Below, piece by piece: positions 8,343-17,673 of a stretch of 64,000 nt of DNA. A model generated the notes under the pieces. It was given only the letters and a program-made list of their open reading frames with translations, searched no databases and had not been told where the DNA came from. The translations under genes were made by a program, and so were the position numbers. Position 1 is the stretch's first letter. Every line of letters begins with the position of its first letter. The stretch spans positions 5,544 to 69,543 of the forward strand of contig NZ_CAKRAS010000005.1 in NCBI RefSeq assembly GCF_934295145.1, in the 5' to 3' direction. Source of the stretch: an uncultured Eubacterium sp. Lineage in GTDB: Bacteria; Bacillota; Clostridia; Lachnospirales; Lachnospiraceae.

Positions 8343-9467
8343 ATGGCTTATAAAGTTTTAAATTTGTTATCAGATGGCGGTGTTGGTGGCATCGAGAATT
8401 TATGTAAATGTATTTCTGATATACGAACAGAGGAAAATTGTTTTTGTTGTTTGTTTGAGGAAGGTGCAATTTATGAGGAAATGAAAAAAAATGGAGATGC
8501 TGTCTCTCTGGTTTCCTGTGGAAGTAAAAAAGTAACGAAAGAAAGAATTCGTGAGCTGCTTTCTCTTGCAAAAAAGTATGATATCATTGTAGTTCATCAT
8601 AGTGCTATCGTAATTCAGTTCTATTATTCGCTGCTCAAATTTCTGTTACCGGGAAAAAAATATGTGTTGGTGGCACATAGTTGCTTTTCACCGGAATTTT
8701 ATTATGATTACAGTTCAAACTTTAAGAATAAAGTTCGGGCATGGCTGCAAAAACATGTCTTGAACATTTCTGACAGGGTCGTATTTGTGTCAAAGGCCGG
8801 AGAAAAATCATACAGAGATTATTTTAAGATTCCGGATTCTAAGTGCAGAGTTGTATATAATGGTGTAGTCCCGCAGACAGAATACCGCAAACCAAAGCAG
8901 GGGGCGGTAGAGAAAAGTCATATATTTAAAATCGTTTTTATTGGAAGATTAGAAAAAATTAAAGGTGTACATTTGCTGATTGAGGCAATAGATGAACTGA
9001 GAAAAAAATATCCGGTACAGCTTGAAGTTGTCGGTTATGGCGGAGAACAGGAAAATTTGCAGATGATGTCTGAAAAGCTGGGCCTGAGAGAAATTGTACA
9101 TTTTGCGGGCATGCAGCGCGATATAGCAAAATATTTAAAAACAGCTGATATTTTTGTATATCCTTCTATTTGTGAAGAGGTATTTGGTATTTCGCTGGTT
9201 GAAGCAATGTCTTATGGAGTACCTTGTGTTGCAAATGAAGTAGGTGGAATTCCGGAAATTATTACAGAACATAAAAATGGTGTGCTGACCAGTGAAAAAA
9301 CAGGAAAAGCAGTTGCAGAGGCAATTGCATCTCTGATAGAAGCTTATTACGAAGGAAAAGCAGATGAGATGGCTGAAAATTGTTATGAGACAGCACAGTA
9401 TTTTTCTATTGACCATACCGTAGAAGGTTTGGAAAAATGTTACATGGAATTAGTAAACAGAAAATAA
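8343..9467 (+). CDS. GT4-family glycosyltransferase
   Basis: FIGRLEKIKGVHLLI and YPSICEEVFGISLVEAMSYGVPCVANEVGGIPEII are GT-B/GT4 signatures. Confidence 0.75.
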   Translation: MAYKVLNLLSDGGVGGIENLCKCISDIRTEENCFCCLFEEGAIYEEMKKNGDAVSLVSCGSKKVTKERIRELLSLAKKYDIIVVHHSAIVIQFYYSLLKFLLPGKKYVLVAHSCFSPEFYYDYSSNFKNKVRAWLQKHVLNISDRVVFVSKAGEKSYRDYFKIPDSKCRVVYNGVVPQTEYRKPKQGAVEKSHIFKIVFIGRLEKIKGVHLLIEAIDELRKKYPVQLEVVGYGGEQENLQMMSEKLGLREIVHFAGMQRDIAKYLKTADIFVYPSICEEVFGISLVEAMSYGVPCVANEVGGIPEIITEHKNGVLTSEKTGKAVAEAIASLIEAYYEGKADEMAENCYETAQYFSIDHTVEGLEKCYMELVNRK

Positions 9468-9468
9468 T

Positions 9469-10296
9469 ATGGAGTTTAAGATGACAGAGACACAAAAAAT
9501 ACAGAAATTGATTTTATATATTGCAAATGAAGTGATTCGTATTTGTGATAAAAATGATATACCGTATAACATTACGGCAGGTACTTTGCTTGGAGCTGTT
9601 CGTCATAAAGGTTTTATCCCGTGGGATGATGACTTTGATTTTGCCATGACAAGAAATGATTATGAACGTTTCCTCAAAGCCTGCAAGAAAGATTTGAATA
9701 CAGATATTTTTTTCCTGCAGACAGCAGAAACGGACAGGAATTTTGCTTATTCGATGGCGAAGGTACAGCTGATCGGAACAGAGATCATAGAGGATTTTTC
9801 CATTGGTGTAGACATTCATCATGGGATTTTTGTAGACATTTTTCCTTATGACAAGCTTCCAGATGGAGAAATGAAAAGAAAGTTTTTCTTGAAAAAAAAT
9901 CATTTGTTAAAGACAATGCTCTGGATCAAATGCGGGTACGGGGTTAAAGAACATTCCGGACGGACAGGATATAAAATCCTTCATTTCCTGGGAAGATTTG
10001 TAACAATTGAAAAATTAAAGAAAAAAATATATGCTCACATTACAAAATATAATAATACGAACTTCAATGATTGTTTTACCAGTGACTATCCGGATGAAAA
10101 AATGGAAGAAAAGTGGCTGGTGAACAGAAAAGAATATACGTTTGAAGGCTATAACTTTAAAGGATTCAGGGATTATGATGAATACCTGAGTTCTCTTTAT
10201 GGCGATTATATGACACTGCCGCCGGAAAATGAGCGTGAAACACATACAAATGCAAAAGTTGATTACGGTCAATACGATAAATGGTTCGAGGAGTAA
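9469..10296 (+). CDS. LicD-family phosphotransferase (phosphocholine or polyol-phosphate transferase)
   Basis: AGTLLGAVRHKGFIPWDDDFDFAM and DIFPYD motifs are characteristic of LicD/fukutin-type nucleotidyltransferase-fold enzymes. Confidence 0.8.
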   Translation: MEFKMTETQKIQKLILYIANEVIRICDKNDIPYNITAGTLLGAVRHKGFIPWDDDFDFAMTRNDYERFLKACKKDLNTDIFFLQTAETDRNFAYSMAKVQLIGTEIIEDFSIGVDIHHGIFVDIFPYDKLPDGEMKRKFFLKKNHLLKTMLWIKCGYGVKEHSGRTGYKILHFLGRFVTIEKLKKKIYAHITKYNNTNFNDCFTSDYPDEKMEEKWLVNRKEYTFEGYNFKGFRDYDEYLSSLYGDYMTLPPENERETHTNAKVDYGQYDKWFEE

Positions 10297-10297
10297 T

Positions 10298-10804
10298 ATG
10301 TCAAAAATAAGAGAAACCCTGAGCAGATGGGAAGGAAAATATTATAAGAAAAGAATTCAAAAGACAGCAAAATGCTGTGGTGAAAATCTGTATTGTGGCG
10401 GAAAATCTTTTGTTACGTCAAATACAGAGCTTGGAACGAATGTAAATTTTAATGGAATGTCTATATTTGGAAATGGTAAAATTGTGATTGGAGATAATTT
10501 CCATTCCGGTCCGGGCTGTCAGATCATTTCATCTTTCCACAATTATGATACAGATGATGCGATTCCGTATGGAAATCAGTATATCCATAAAGATGTTACG
10601 ATTGGTGATAATGTCTGGCTTGGAAATAATGTGATCATTCTGGGTGGAGTAGAAATCGGGGAAGGCGCAATTATCCAGGCTGGAAGTGTGGTCTGCAAGA
10701 ATATTCCGGCTTATGCGATTGCAGGAGGACATCCGGCAGTTCCGTTTAAAACACGTGATATAGAACACTATGAAAAGCTTAAAAAAGAAAAGAAGTTTCA
10801 TTAA
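10298..10804 (+). CDS. Hexapeptide-repeat (LbH) acetyltransferase
   Basis: ATG at 10298 follows aggag. It carries IGDNVWLGNNVIILGGVEIGEGAIIQAGSVV repeats. The listed longer ORF (10229) overlaps the LicD gene. Confidence 0.7.
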   Translation: MSKIRETLSRWEGKYYKKRIQKTAKCCGENLYCGGKSFVTSNTELGTNVNFNGMSIFGNGKIVIGDNFHSGPGCQIISSFHNYDTDDAIPYGNQYIHKDVTIGDNVWLGNNVIILGGVEIGEGAIIQAGSVVCKNIPAYAIAGGHPAVPFKTRDIEHYEKLKKEKKFH

Positions 10805-10835
10805 TTGATTAATAAAATAGAAATGGAAGTGTGAT

Positions 10836-12287
10836 ATGCGAATTTCAACATGGATTCAAAAATATAAAGATATGTCACAACCGGTAAAAGCTTCGTTCTG
10901 GTTTACGGTCTGTAACATTTTAAATAAAGGAATTGCGCTGATTTCCACACCTGTTTTTGTCAGAATTCTGACAACAGATGAGTACGGTGATTATTCGGTA
11001 TTCCAATCCTGGTACAGTATATTGGTTATTTTTGCAACATTAAATCTGTTTTCCGGTGAATATGGAAAAGGTTTGATAGAGTTTGACGATGATAAGGATC
11101 GTTTTACATCATCTGTATTAGGTCTGACGTCATTGATCACGTTGCTGGTGTTTGCGGTATTTGCGTGCAATCTGACGTTCTGGTCAGGAAAATTAAGCTT
11201 ATCACCGATATTGATCATTGCCTTGTTTGTGGAAATATTTACAATGTCTGCCTATGAGTTCTGGTCAACAAAACAGCGTTTTGAGTATAAATACAAAAAA
11301 GTTGTGCTGAGTACACTGGGAATGAGTGTGGGAAGTATTCTGCTTGGAATTATTTCCGTGCTTGCTACAGATAACTATAAGTTGGAAGCACGAGTATTTT
11401 CCGATGTATTTGTGAAAGCAGTTATTTCTCTGGTCGCATTTTTTGTGATTGTCAGAAATGGAAAGAAGCTGTTTGATAAGAAATACTGGAAATATGCGTT
11501 ATTATTTAACTTGCCTTTGATCCCTCATTTTCTTTCAACCATGGTGCTCAGTCAGTCAGACCGCATTATGATCAAAGATATGGTTGGAAGCTCGGCAGCA
11601 GCGGTATATAGTATTGCCTACACAATTGGTACGATGGTTCTGTTGATTACAAATGCAATTAACAACTCATTTACACCGTATACATATCAGGCGTTAAAAG
11701 ATAAAGAATATGACGGAATCAAAAAGAATGCGACCCTGCTTTGCGTGCTGGTCGCAGTGCTGGTTATCTTGTCCATGGCTTTTGCCCCGGAAATTATTTT
11801 AATTTTTGGTGGAAGAAAATATTACGAGGCAATCTGGGTTGTACCGCCGGTTGCAGTATCTATGTTTTTGATTTTCCTGTATTCTCTGTTCAGTAATATT
11901 GAATATTATTTTAAGAAGACAGGATTTATTGCCCTGGCATCCATCGTGTGTGCGGTTGCAAACTTAGGATTAAATAAAGTTTTTATCGAATTATTTGGAT
12001 ATTATGCAGCAGGTTATACAACATTAGTCTGTTATGGACTGTTAGCATTGATGCACTATTTTTTCTATCGAAAAGCGTTACATCAGGAAGGAGTTCGGGC
12101 ATCAGAAGTATATAATTTGAAACAATTGCTGCTTATTTTGGCAGCTGTTCTGTGCGTGATGTTTGTGATGACCTTTACATACAGGCATATTGTTATTCGT
12201 TATGCAATTGTTGCAGTTATTCTGGCTGTAATGTTTGTAAACAGAAAAAAAATCATAGGCTGGCTGAAGAATATCAGAAATTCCTGA
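10836..12287 (+). CDS. wzx: Wzx-type oligosaccharide flippase (MOP superfamily)
   Basis: A ~12-TM protein with an N-terminus (FWFTVCNILNKGIALISTPVFVRILTTDEYGDYSVF) typical of the Polysacc_synt family. Confidence 0.75.
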   Translation: MRISTWIQKYKDMSQPVKASFWFTVCNILNKGIALISTPVFVRILTTDEYGDYSVFQSWYSILVIFATLNLFSGEYGKGLIEFDDDKDRFTSSVLGLTSLITLLVFAVFACNLTFWSGKLSLSPILIIALFVEIFTMSAYEFWSTKQRFEYKYKKVVLSTLGMSVGSILLGIISVLATDNYKLEARVFSDVFVKAVISLVAFFVIVRNGKKLFDKKYWKYALLFNLPLIPHFLSTMVLSQSDRIMIKDMVGSSAAAVYSIAYTIGTMVLLITNAINNSFTPYTYQALKDKEYDGIKKNATLLCVLVAVLVILSMAFAPEIILIFGGRKYYEAIWVVPPVAVSMFLIFLYSLFSNIEYYFKKTGFIALASIVCAVANLGLNKVFIELFGYYAAGYTTLVCYGLLALMHYFFYRKALHQEGVRASEVYNLKQLLLILAAVLCVMFVMTFTYRHIVIRYAIVAVILAVMFVNRKKIIGWLKNIRNS

Positions 12288-12313
12288 TGAGCTGATAATA
12301 AAGGAGAAAAACG

Positions 12314-13513
12314 ATGAATGCCGTTAGTTATATTAAAAAGAATGGAATAAAAAGGGTTTTTGATGTCTTTTATCATTATAAGCTTGACCTGATCCTACAA
12401 AAAGGCTGTAATTTCTTTTTGAAACACAGACCGTTACAGAATATCATTATTATTGAAAGTCATAATGACTTTGATTCCAATGGCGGTGCTTTTTATGACT
12501 ACCTGATAAAAAATCATTATAATGATAAGTACAAAATTGTATGGCTGTTAAAAAATAAGGCTCCGGAATCTTTACCAGCAAATGTTGACTGGTGCTGGTT
12601 ATATAAACCGAGTCTGAAAAAAGCGTTGTATGTATGCAAGGCAAAAGTATTTACAGCTGACTGTGTGGTGACAAATAAAGTTCGTGCCGACCAGAAATCA
12701 TTTTATTTTACTCATGGAGCGGTTTGTCTGAAAAGTGTAATTGGGAAATGTAATCTGTCTGATTCGGTTGATTATATTCTGTCTCCGTCAGAAGCATATG
12801 GACCAATTCAGGCAAAGCAGGGAGGCTTACCATTCCCAAATAACAGATTTGTATATCTTGGATATCCAAGCTATGACCGGCTGTTTACACCATCAGAAAA
12901 TGAACTGGCGAAAGTGACGAAAGAGTCTTATCGCAAAGTGGTAATCTGGATGCCTACATTCCGGAAAGGCGGAGGTTATAAACGGAACGACAGTACGAAG
13001 GAGCAGCCATTGGGGATTCCAATCATTGAATCAGAGGAAGAATTAAAACAGCTAAATGATGCGCTTGTGAAAATGGATATGCTTCTGATCATAAAAATAC
13101 ATCCGATGCAGGATCCGGAGACCATAAAAGTACATGGCATGTCAAATGTCTGTGTGCTTACAGGAAGCACTGTGAAAAAACTAAATGTAGACAATTACAG
13201 ACTGTTAAAAGATTCGGATGCGTTATTAAGTGATTATTCCAGTATTGCATATGACTATTTGATGCTGAACAGACCAATCGGATATGATTTTTCTGATCTG
13301 GATTCTTACACGAATGGTCTTTGTGTGGACAATCCGGACGAATATATTGCAGGTCCTAAAATTTATTGCTATGATGAATTATTGGGATTCCTGAAAGATG
13401 TTTCAGAGGAAAAAGATTCTTATAAAAAGCAGAGAGAAGAACTTTGCGGAAGAATTTATAAATATACAGATGGAAACAGCAGCAAGAGAATTGCTGAATT
13501 TATGAAGTTATAA
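12314..13513 (+). CDS. TagB/TagF-family CDP-glycerol (polyol-phosphate) glycerophosphotransferase
   Basis: [21 protein letters not shown] and [19 protein letters not shown] match the Glyphos_transf signature blocks. Confidence 0.8.
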   Translation: MNAVSYIKKNGIKRVFDVFYHYKLDLILQKGCNFFLKHRPLQNIIIIESHNDFDSNGGAFYDYLIKNHYNDKYKIVWLLKNKAPESLPANVDWCWLYKPSLKKALYVCKAKVFTADCVVTNKVRADQKSFYFTHGAVCLKSVIGKCNLSDSVDYILSPSEAYGPIQAKQGGLPFPNNRFVYLGYPSYDRLFTPSENELAKVTKESYRKVVIWMPTFRKGGGYKRNDSTKEQPLGIPIIESEEELKQLNDALVKMDMLLIIKIHPMQDPETIKVHGMSNVCVLTGSTVKKLNVDNYRLLKDSDALLSDYSSIAYDYLMLNRPIGYDFSDLDSYTNGLCVDNPDEYIAGPKIYCYDELLGFLKDVSEEKDSYKKQREELCGRIYKYTDGNSSKRIAEFMKL

Positions 13514-13526
13514 AGGAGTGACAAAA

Positions 13527-14600
13527 ATGCTTAATTTTACAGTAGGACCAGTAATGTCATGTGAAGAGGTTCGTACAATTGGAGCGGAGCAGGTACCGTA
13601 TTTTAGAACACCGGAATTTTCAAAAATTATGTTTGAAAATGAGAATCTCATGAAGAAATTTGCAAAAGCAGATGAAAATGCGCGTGTTGTATTTCTGACC
13701 GGATCAGGTACAGCTGCAATGGAAGCAGCAGTCATCAACGTTTTTGATACAAAGGATAAAGTACTTATCGTAAATGGCGGAAGTTTTGGACAGCGTTTTG
13801 TGAAAATCTGTCAGATTCATCAGATCCCATATACAGAGATCAAACTAGAAATCGGGAAAAAACTGACACAGGAAATGTTAGATCAGTATGATGGAAAAGA
13901 TTATACAGGATTTCTTGTAAATATTCATGAGACATCCACCGGTGTGCACTATGACCCGGTTATGATCAGTGAATTCTGTAAAAAGAACAATATGTTCCTT
14001 TTGGTGGATGCAATCAGTTCTTTCCTGGCAGATGAGTTTGACATGGAGAAACTTGGCGTAGACCTTATGCTGACAGGATCGCAGAAAGCACTTGCGTGCC
14101 CTCCGGGTATTTCTGTTATCGTTTTATCTGAACATGCAGTACAGCGTGTATATGAGAAAACACCACAGTGCCTGTATTTAGATCTGAAAGAAGCGTTAAA
14201 AAACGGAGAGCGCGGGCAGACTCCATTCACACCCGCCGTTGGTATCCTGAGACAGATTCATGCCCGCTTACAGGAAATTGAAAAAGCAGGCGGCGTAGAG
14301 GCTGAAACAGCAAAGATTGCTTCACTGGCAGCAGATTTCAGAGAAAAAATCAAAGACATGCCATTTGAAATCCCGTCTGAATCTATGTCAAATGCGGTAA
14401 CACCACTTCATCCATTGAATGTTTCTGCTTATAAAATATTTGAGACACTGAAAGATGAGTATCATATCTGGGTTTGCCCAAATGGTGGTGATCTGGCAGA
14501 AAAGATTTTCCGAGTTGGTCATATCGGTGCACTTACAACAGACGATAATACAACACTGGTGGAAGCTTTGAAAGATATGCAGAACAGAGGACTGTTATAA
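13527..14600 (+). CDS. Class-V PLP-dependent aminotransferase (serine-pyruvate/AGXT-like)
   Basis: AAGGAG lies 8 nt before the ATG at 13527. It has [21 protein letters not shown] and [13 protein letters not shown] (Schiff-base Lys context), typical of class V enzymes. Confidence 0.7.
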   Translation: MLNFTVGPVMSCEEVRTIGAEQVPYFRTPEFSKIMFENENLMKKFAKADENARVVFLTGSGTAAMEAAVINVFDTKDKVLIVNGGSFGQRFVKICQIHQIPYTEIKLEIGKKLTQEMLDQYDGKDYTGFLVNIHETSTGVHYDPVMISEFCKKNNMFLLVDAISSFLADEFDMEKLGVDLMLTGSQKALACPPGISVIVLSEHAVQRVYEKTPQCLYLDLKEALKNGERGQTPFTPAVGILRQIHARLQEIEKAGGVEAETAKIASLAADFREKIKDMPFEIPSESMSNAVTPLHPLNVSAYKIFETLKDEYHIWVCPNGGDLAEKIFRVGHIGALTTDDNTTLVEALKDMQNRGLL

Positions 14601-14633
14601 TCGTTAAACAGGGGAGAGAAAGGTAATTAAAAG

Positions 14634-15971
14634 ATGACAAAGGTAATAACATATGGAACATATGATCTGCTTCATTATGGACATATCCGATTGCTGGAGC
14701 GTGCGAAGGCACTGGGAGATTATCTGATCGTTGGTGTGACGGCAGATGATTTTGATAAAACCAGAGGAAAGATAAATGTGCAACAGTCTTTGATGGAACG
14801 TGTACTGGCGGTAAAAAAGACAGGACTTGCAGATGAAATTATCATCGAAGAATATGAAGGGCAGAAAATCGATGATATTTTGCGTTATAATGTCGATATT
14901 TTTACAGTTGGTTCAGACTGGAAGGGGAAATTTGATTATTTAAATGAGTACTGTAAGGTGGTATATCTGGACAGAACGCAGGGTGTTTCAAGTACAGAGT
15001 TACGTTCTCAGAAGCGGCTTGTAAAAATGGGACTTGTCGGAGATACAGGAATTTTTGAAAAATATCGGCAGGAAGCTGCATTTGCCAATGGCGTGGAAGT
15101 TGCAGCGGCTTATACAGAAGATGTTTCTTTAAAACAGAGAGATAATGATATTGTATTTACAAATGATTATGATAAATTGCTGGAAATCGTAGATGCAGTT
15201 TTTATTGTCTCACATCCATCCAAACACTATGAACAGATAAAGAAAGCGCTTCTGAGAGGAAAACATGTATTATGTGAATCCCCGATCGCATTGAAAAAAT
15301 CTGAGTGTCAGGAACTTTTTGAAATTGCAGAAAAGAATGATCTGATTCTCATGGATGCAATCAAAACAGCGTATGCAACTGCTTACCATAGATTACTGCT
15401 GCTGGCTAAATCGGGAAAAATTGGAAATATTGTTTCAGTAGATGCTACCTGTACAAGTACAAAAGAAATGGAAACGCAGACCAGTACCTACGAACGTAGG
15501 AACAGCATTTGTGCATGGGGACCAACAGCGCTGCTTCCGGTATTTCAACTGCTTGGAACTGATTATGAAAAAAAAGAAGCAAGTTCTTATTTTATGCCGG
15601 GAAATGATAACTTTGATCTGTTTACAAAAATTAATTTTAACTTTAAAAATGCAGTGGCTTCTGTAAAAGTTGGCAAAGGTGTAAAAGCTGAGGGAAATCT
15701 GATCATCGCTGGTACAAAAGGATATATTTATGTTCCGGCACCGTGGTGGAAGACAGATTATTTTGAAATCCGTTATGAAAATCAGGAAGAAAACAAACGC
15801 TATTTTTATCAGTTGGATGGAGAAGGAATCAGATACCAGATTGTTGCCTTTATCAGATCAATTGAAAGTAAGCAGTCGAATTCCTATATATCACAGGAAC
15901 TGTCAGAAAAGATTTGTTCTGTAATTGAAGAATGGAATGAAAAAAAGGATCTGCACACAATTACTGTATAA
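14634..15971 (+). CDS. Fusion: TagD-like glycerol-3-phosphate cytidylyltransferase (N) + Gfo/Idh/MocA-like oxidoreductase (C)
   Basis: N-terminus has VITYGTYDLLHYGHIRLLERAKALGDYL and RTQGVSSTELR (HxGH and RTxGISTT motifs). C-terminus has a Rossmann-like MGLVGDTG and HVLCESP in place of the family EKP motif. Confidence 0.75.
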   Translation: MTKVITYGTYDLLHYGHIRLLERAKALGDYLIVGVTADDFDKTRGKINVQQSLMERVLAVKKTGLADEIIIEEYEGQKIDDILRYNVDIFTVGSDWKGKFDYLNEYCKVVYLDRTQGVSSTELRSQKRLVKMGLVGDTGIFEKYRQEAAFANGVEVAAAYTEDVSLKQRDNDIVFTNDYDKLLEIVDAVFIVSHPSKHYEQIKKALLRGKHVLCESPIALKKSECQELFEIAEKNDLILMDAIKTAYATAYHRLLLLAKSGKIGNIVSVDATCTSTKEMETQTSTYERRNSICAWGPTALLPVFQLLGTDYEKKEASSYFMPGNDNFDLFTKINFNFKNAVASVKVGKGVKAEGNLIIAGTKGYIYVPAPWWKTDYFEIRYENQEENKRYFYQLDGEGIRYQIVAFIRSIESKQSNSYISQELSEKICSVIEEWNEKKDLHTITV

Positions 15972-16003
15972 AAACAGAAAATGAATAAAGAGGATTGAGT
16001 ACA

Positions 16004-16858
16004 ATGGGAGAGATAAAAGAATTATCACCGGAAGAGTTCAGACAGATGCAGCTGCTTCAGCTTGATATGTTAGTTGAGTTAGACCGTGTCTGCCGCGAAA
16101 ATAATATTAATTATACGATTTTTGGCGGAACACTTCTGGGAGCTGTCCGACATAAAGGATACATTCCGTGGGATGACGACGCAGATGTTGCAATGCTGCG
16201 GGAAGATTATGATAAATTTAAAAAAGTAACAGACAAGTTAAATTCAGAAATCTGTTATTTTCAGGATCATGATACGGATCCGGAATATCGCTGGGGTTAT
16301 GGAAAGTTAAGAAGAACAGGCACAACTTATGTGCGCGTAGGTCAGGAGCATTTAAAATGTAAAACCGGTGTTTTTATTGATGTTTTCCCTATGGATGACA
16401 TTCCGCATTCAACCATCGGTCAGATGCTGAATGATTTTTACTGTTTCTGTCTGCGAAAAATTCTGTGGTCTGAAGTTGGAAAATATAGTACTTCAGAGGA
16501 CGGAATTCACAGATTGTATTATAAGATTGTATCTCATATATCACCGTCATGGGTGTTTAAACGTGTGGAAAAAATTGCCCAAAAAAGCAGAAACAGCAGT
16601 ACAAACCGGGTTCGTACCCTATTATTCCCGGCGACAGGAAAGCTGTACCGGAAAAGAGAGAACAGTTTAAAGACAAGATATGGTATGCCAAAGGAATGGT
16701 TCTTAGATTTGCAGGAATATGAATTTGAAGGAAAGAAACTGATGGGTACCAGAGATTATGACACAATTTTAAAATATATTTATAATGATTATATGAAATT
16801 GCCGCCAGAAGATAAAAGAGATCCACATGCACCGGTTTCAAGTTACTTTTTTGGATAA
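16004..16858 (+). CDS. LicD-family phosphotransferase (second copy)
   Basis: GGTLLGAVRHKGYIPWDDDADVAM and DVFPMDD motifs. ATG at 16004 lies downstream of aaagagga. Confidence 0.8.
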   Translation: MGEIKELSPEEFRQMQLLQLDMLVELDRVCRENNINYTIFGGTLLGAVRHKGYIPWDDDADVAMLREDYDKFKKVTDKLNSEICYFQDHDTDPEYRWGYGKLRRTGTTYVRVGQEHLKCKTGVFIDVFPMDDIPHSTIGQMLNDFYCFCLRKILWSEVGKYSTSEDGIHRLYYKIVSHISPSWVFKRVEKIAQKSRNSSTNRVRTLLFPATGKLYRKRENSLKTRYGMPKEWFLDLQEYEFEGKKLMGTRDYDTILKYIYNDYMKLPPEDKRDPHAPVSSYFFG

Positions 16859-16870
16859 AGGAGAAGAACA

Positions 16871-17659
16871 TTGATAAGAAAATGCTGCGTGGAAGATATA
16901 GAATATCTGAAAGGTATAATTAAAAAAGATATATTTCAAAATGTGTACCTGTATATTGATACAAGCACATACGGATTTGAAAATCAGGATATTCAGACAT
17001 GGATTATTTCTGATCATGCGATGGATACGGTAATTGTATATAAATATTATAACAGTCTGCAGATTTTTGAAATATCAGATCCAAGCGATGAAAATATAAG
17101 AGAAATATGTTTTTTGATTGAAAAAAATGACAGTCAAATGTTGTCAGGATCAGTAGAACTGATACGAAAAATTTCCTGTCTGCTGCCGGAATGGAAAAAA
17201 ACGGAAGGCATTATTATGAAAGCCGGACAGGGAGCGGCAAAAGCGGATTCAGAAGTCTGTAAGGCAAATTCAGATGAGTGCTATGAAATCGCATCACTTA
17301 TTTGTGCAGATGAAGGAATCGGTGGACATTATTCTGTGGCACTGCTGGAAGAACAGCTGCAAGACAGAATGCAAAACTGGCATTGTCAGAATTTTGTTTT
17401 AAAAGAAAATGGAACGATTGTTGCACATATGGGAACATATGCAGATGTGGAAGGTATTGCAGTGTTAGGCGGACTGGTAACAACTCCGGCAGCACGGGGA
17501 CAGGGATACGGAAAGCGTGTACTGCAAAGCCTGACGGCACAGGTGATAAAGGAGCAGAAAGTTCCGGTATTATATTGTTATGAACAAAATGTAATGGACT
17601 GGTATAGACATCTTGGCTGGACACAGGTTTATAAATGTGCGAAGCTGGAACGTAAATGA
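16871..17659 (+). CDS. GNAT-family N-acetyltransferase with N-terminal extra domain
   Basis: C-terminal LVTTPAARGQGYGKRVLQSL is the acetyl-CoA-binding Q/RxxGxG motif. The start is a TTG, 7 nt after AAGGAG. Confidence 0.6.
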   Translation: MIRKCCVEDIEYLKGIIKKDIFQNVYLYIDTSTYGFENQDIQTWIISDHAMDTVIVYKYYNSLQIFEISDPSDENIREICFLIEKNDSQMLSGSVELIRKISCLLPEWKKTEGIIMKAGQGAAKADSEVCKANSDECYEIASLICADEGIGGHYSVALLEEQLQDRMQNWHCQNFVLKENGTIVAHMGTYADVEGIAVLGGLVTTPAARGQGYGKRVLQSLTAQVIKEQKVPVLYCYEQNVMDWYRHLGWTQVYKCAKLERK

Positions 17660-17673
17660 CAGGAGGAATACTG

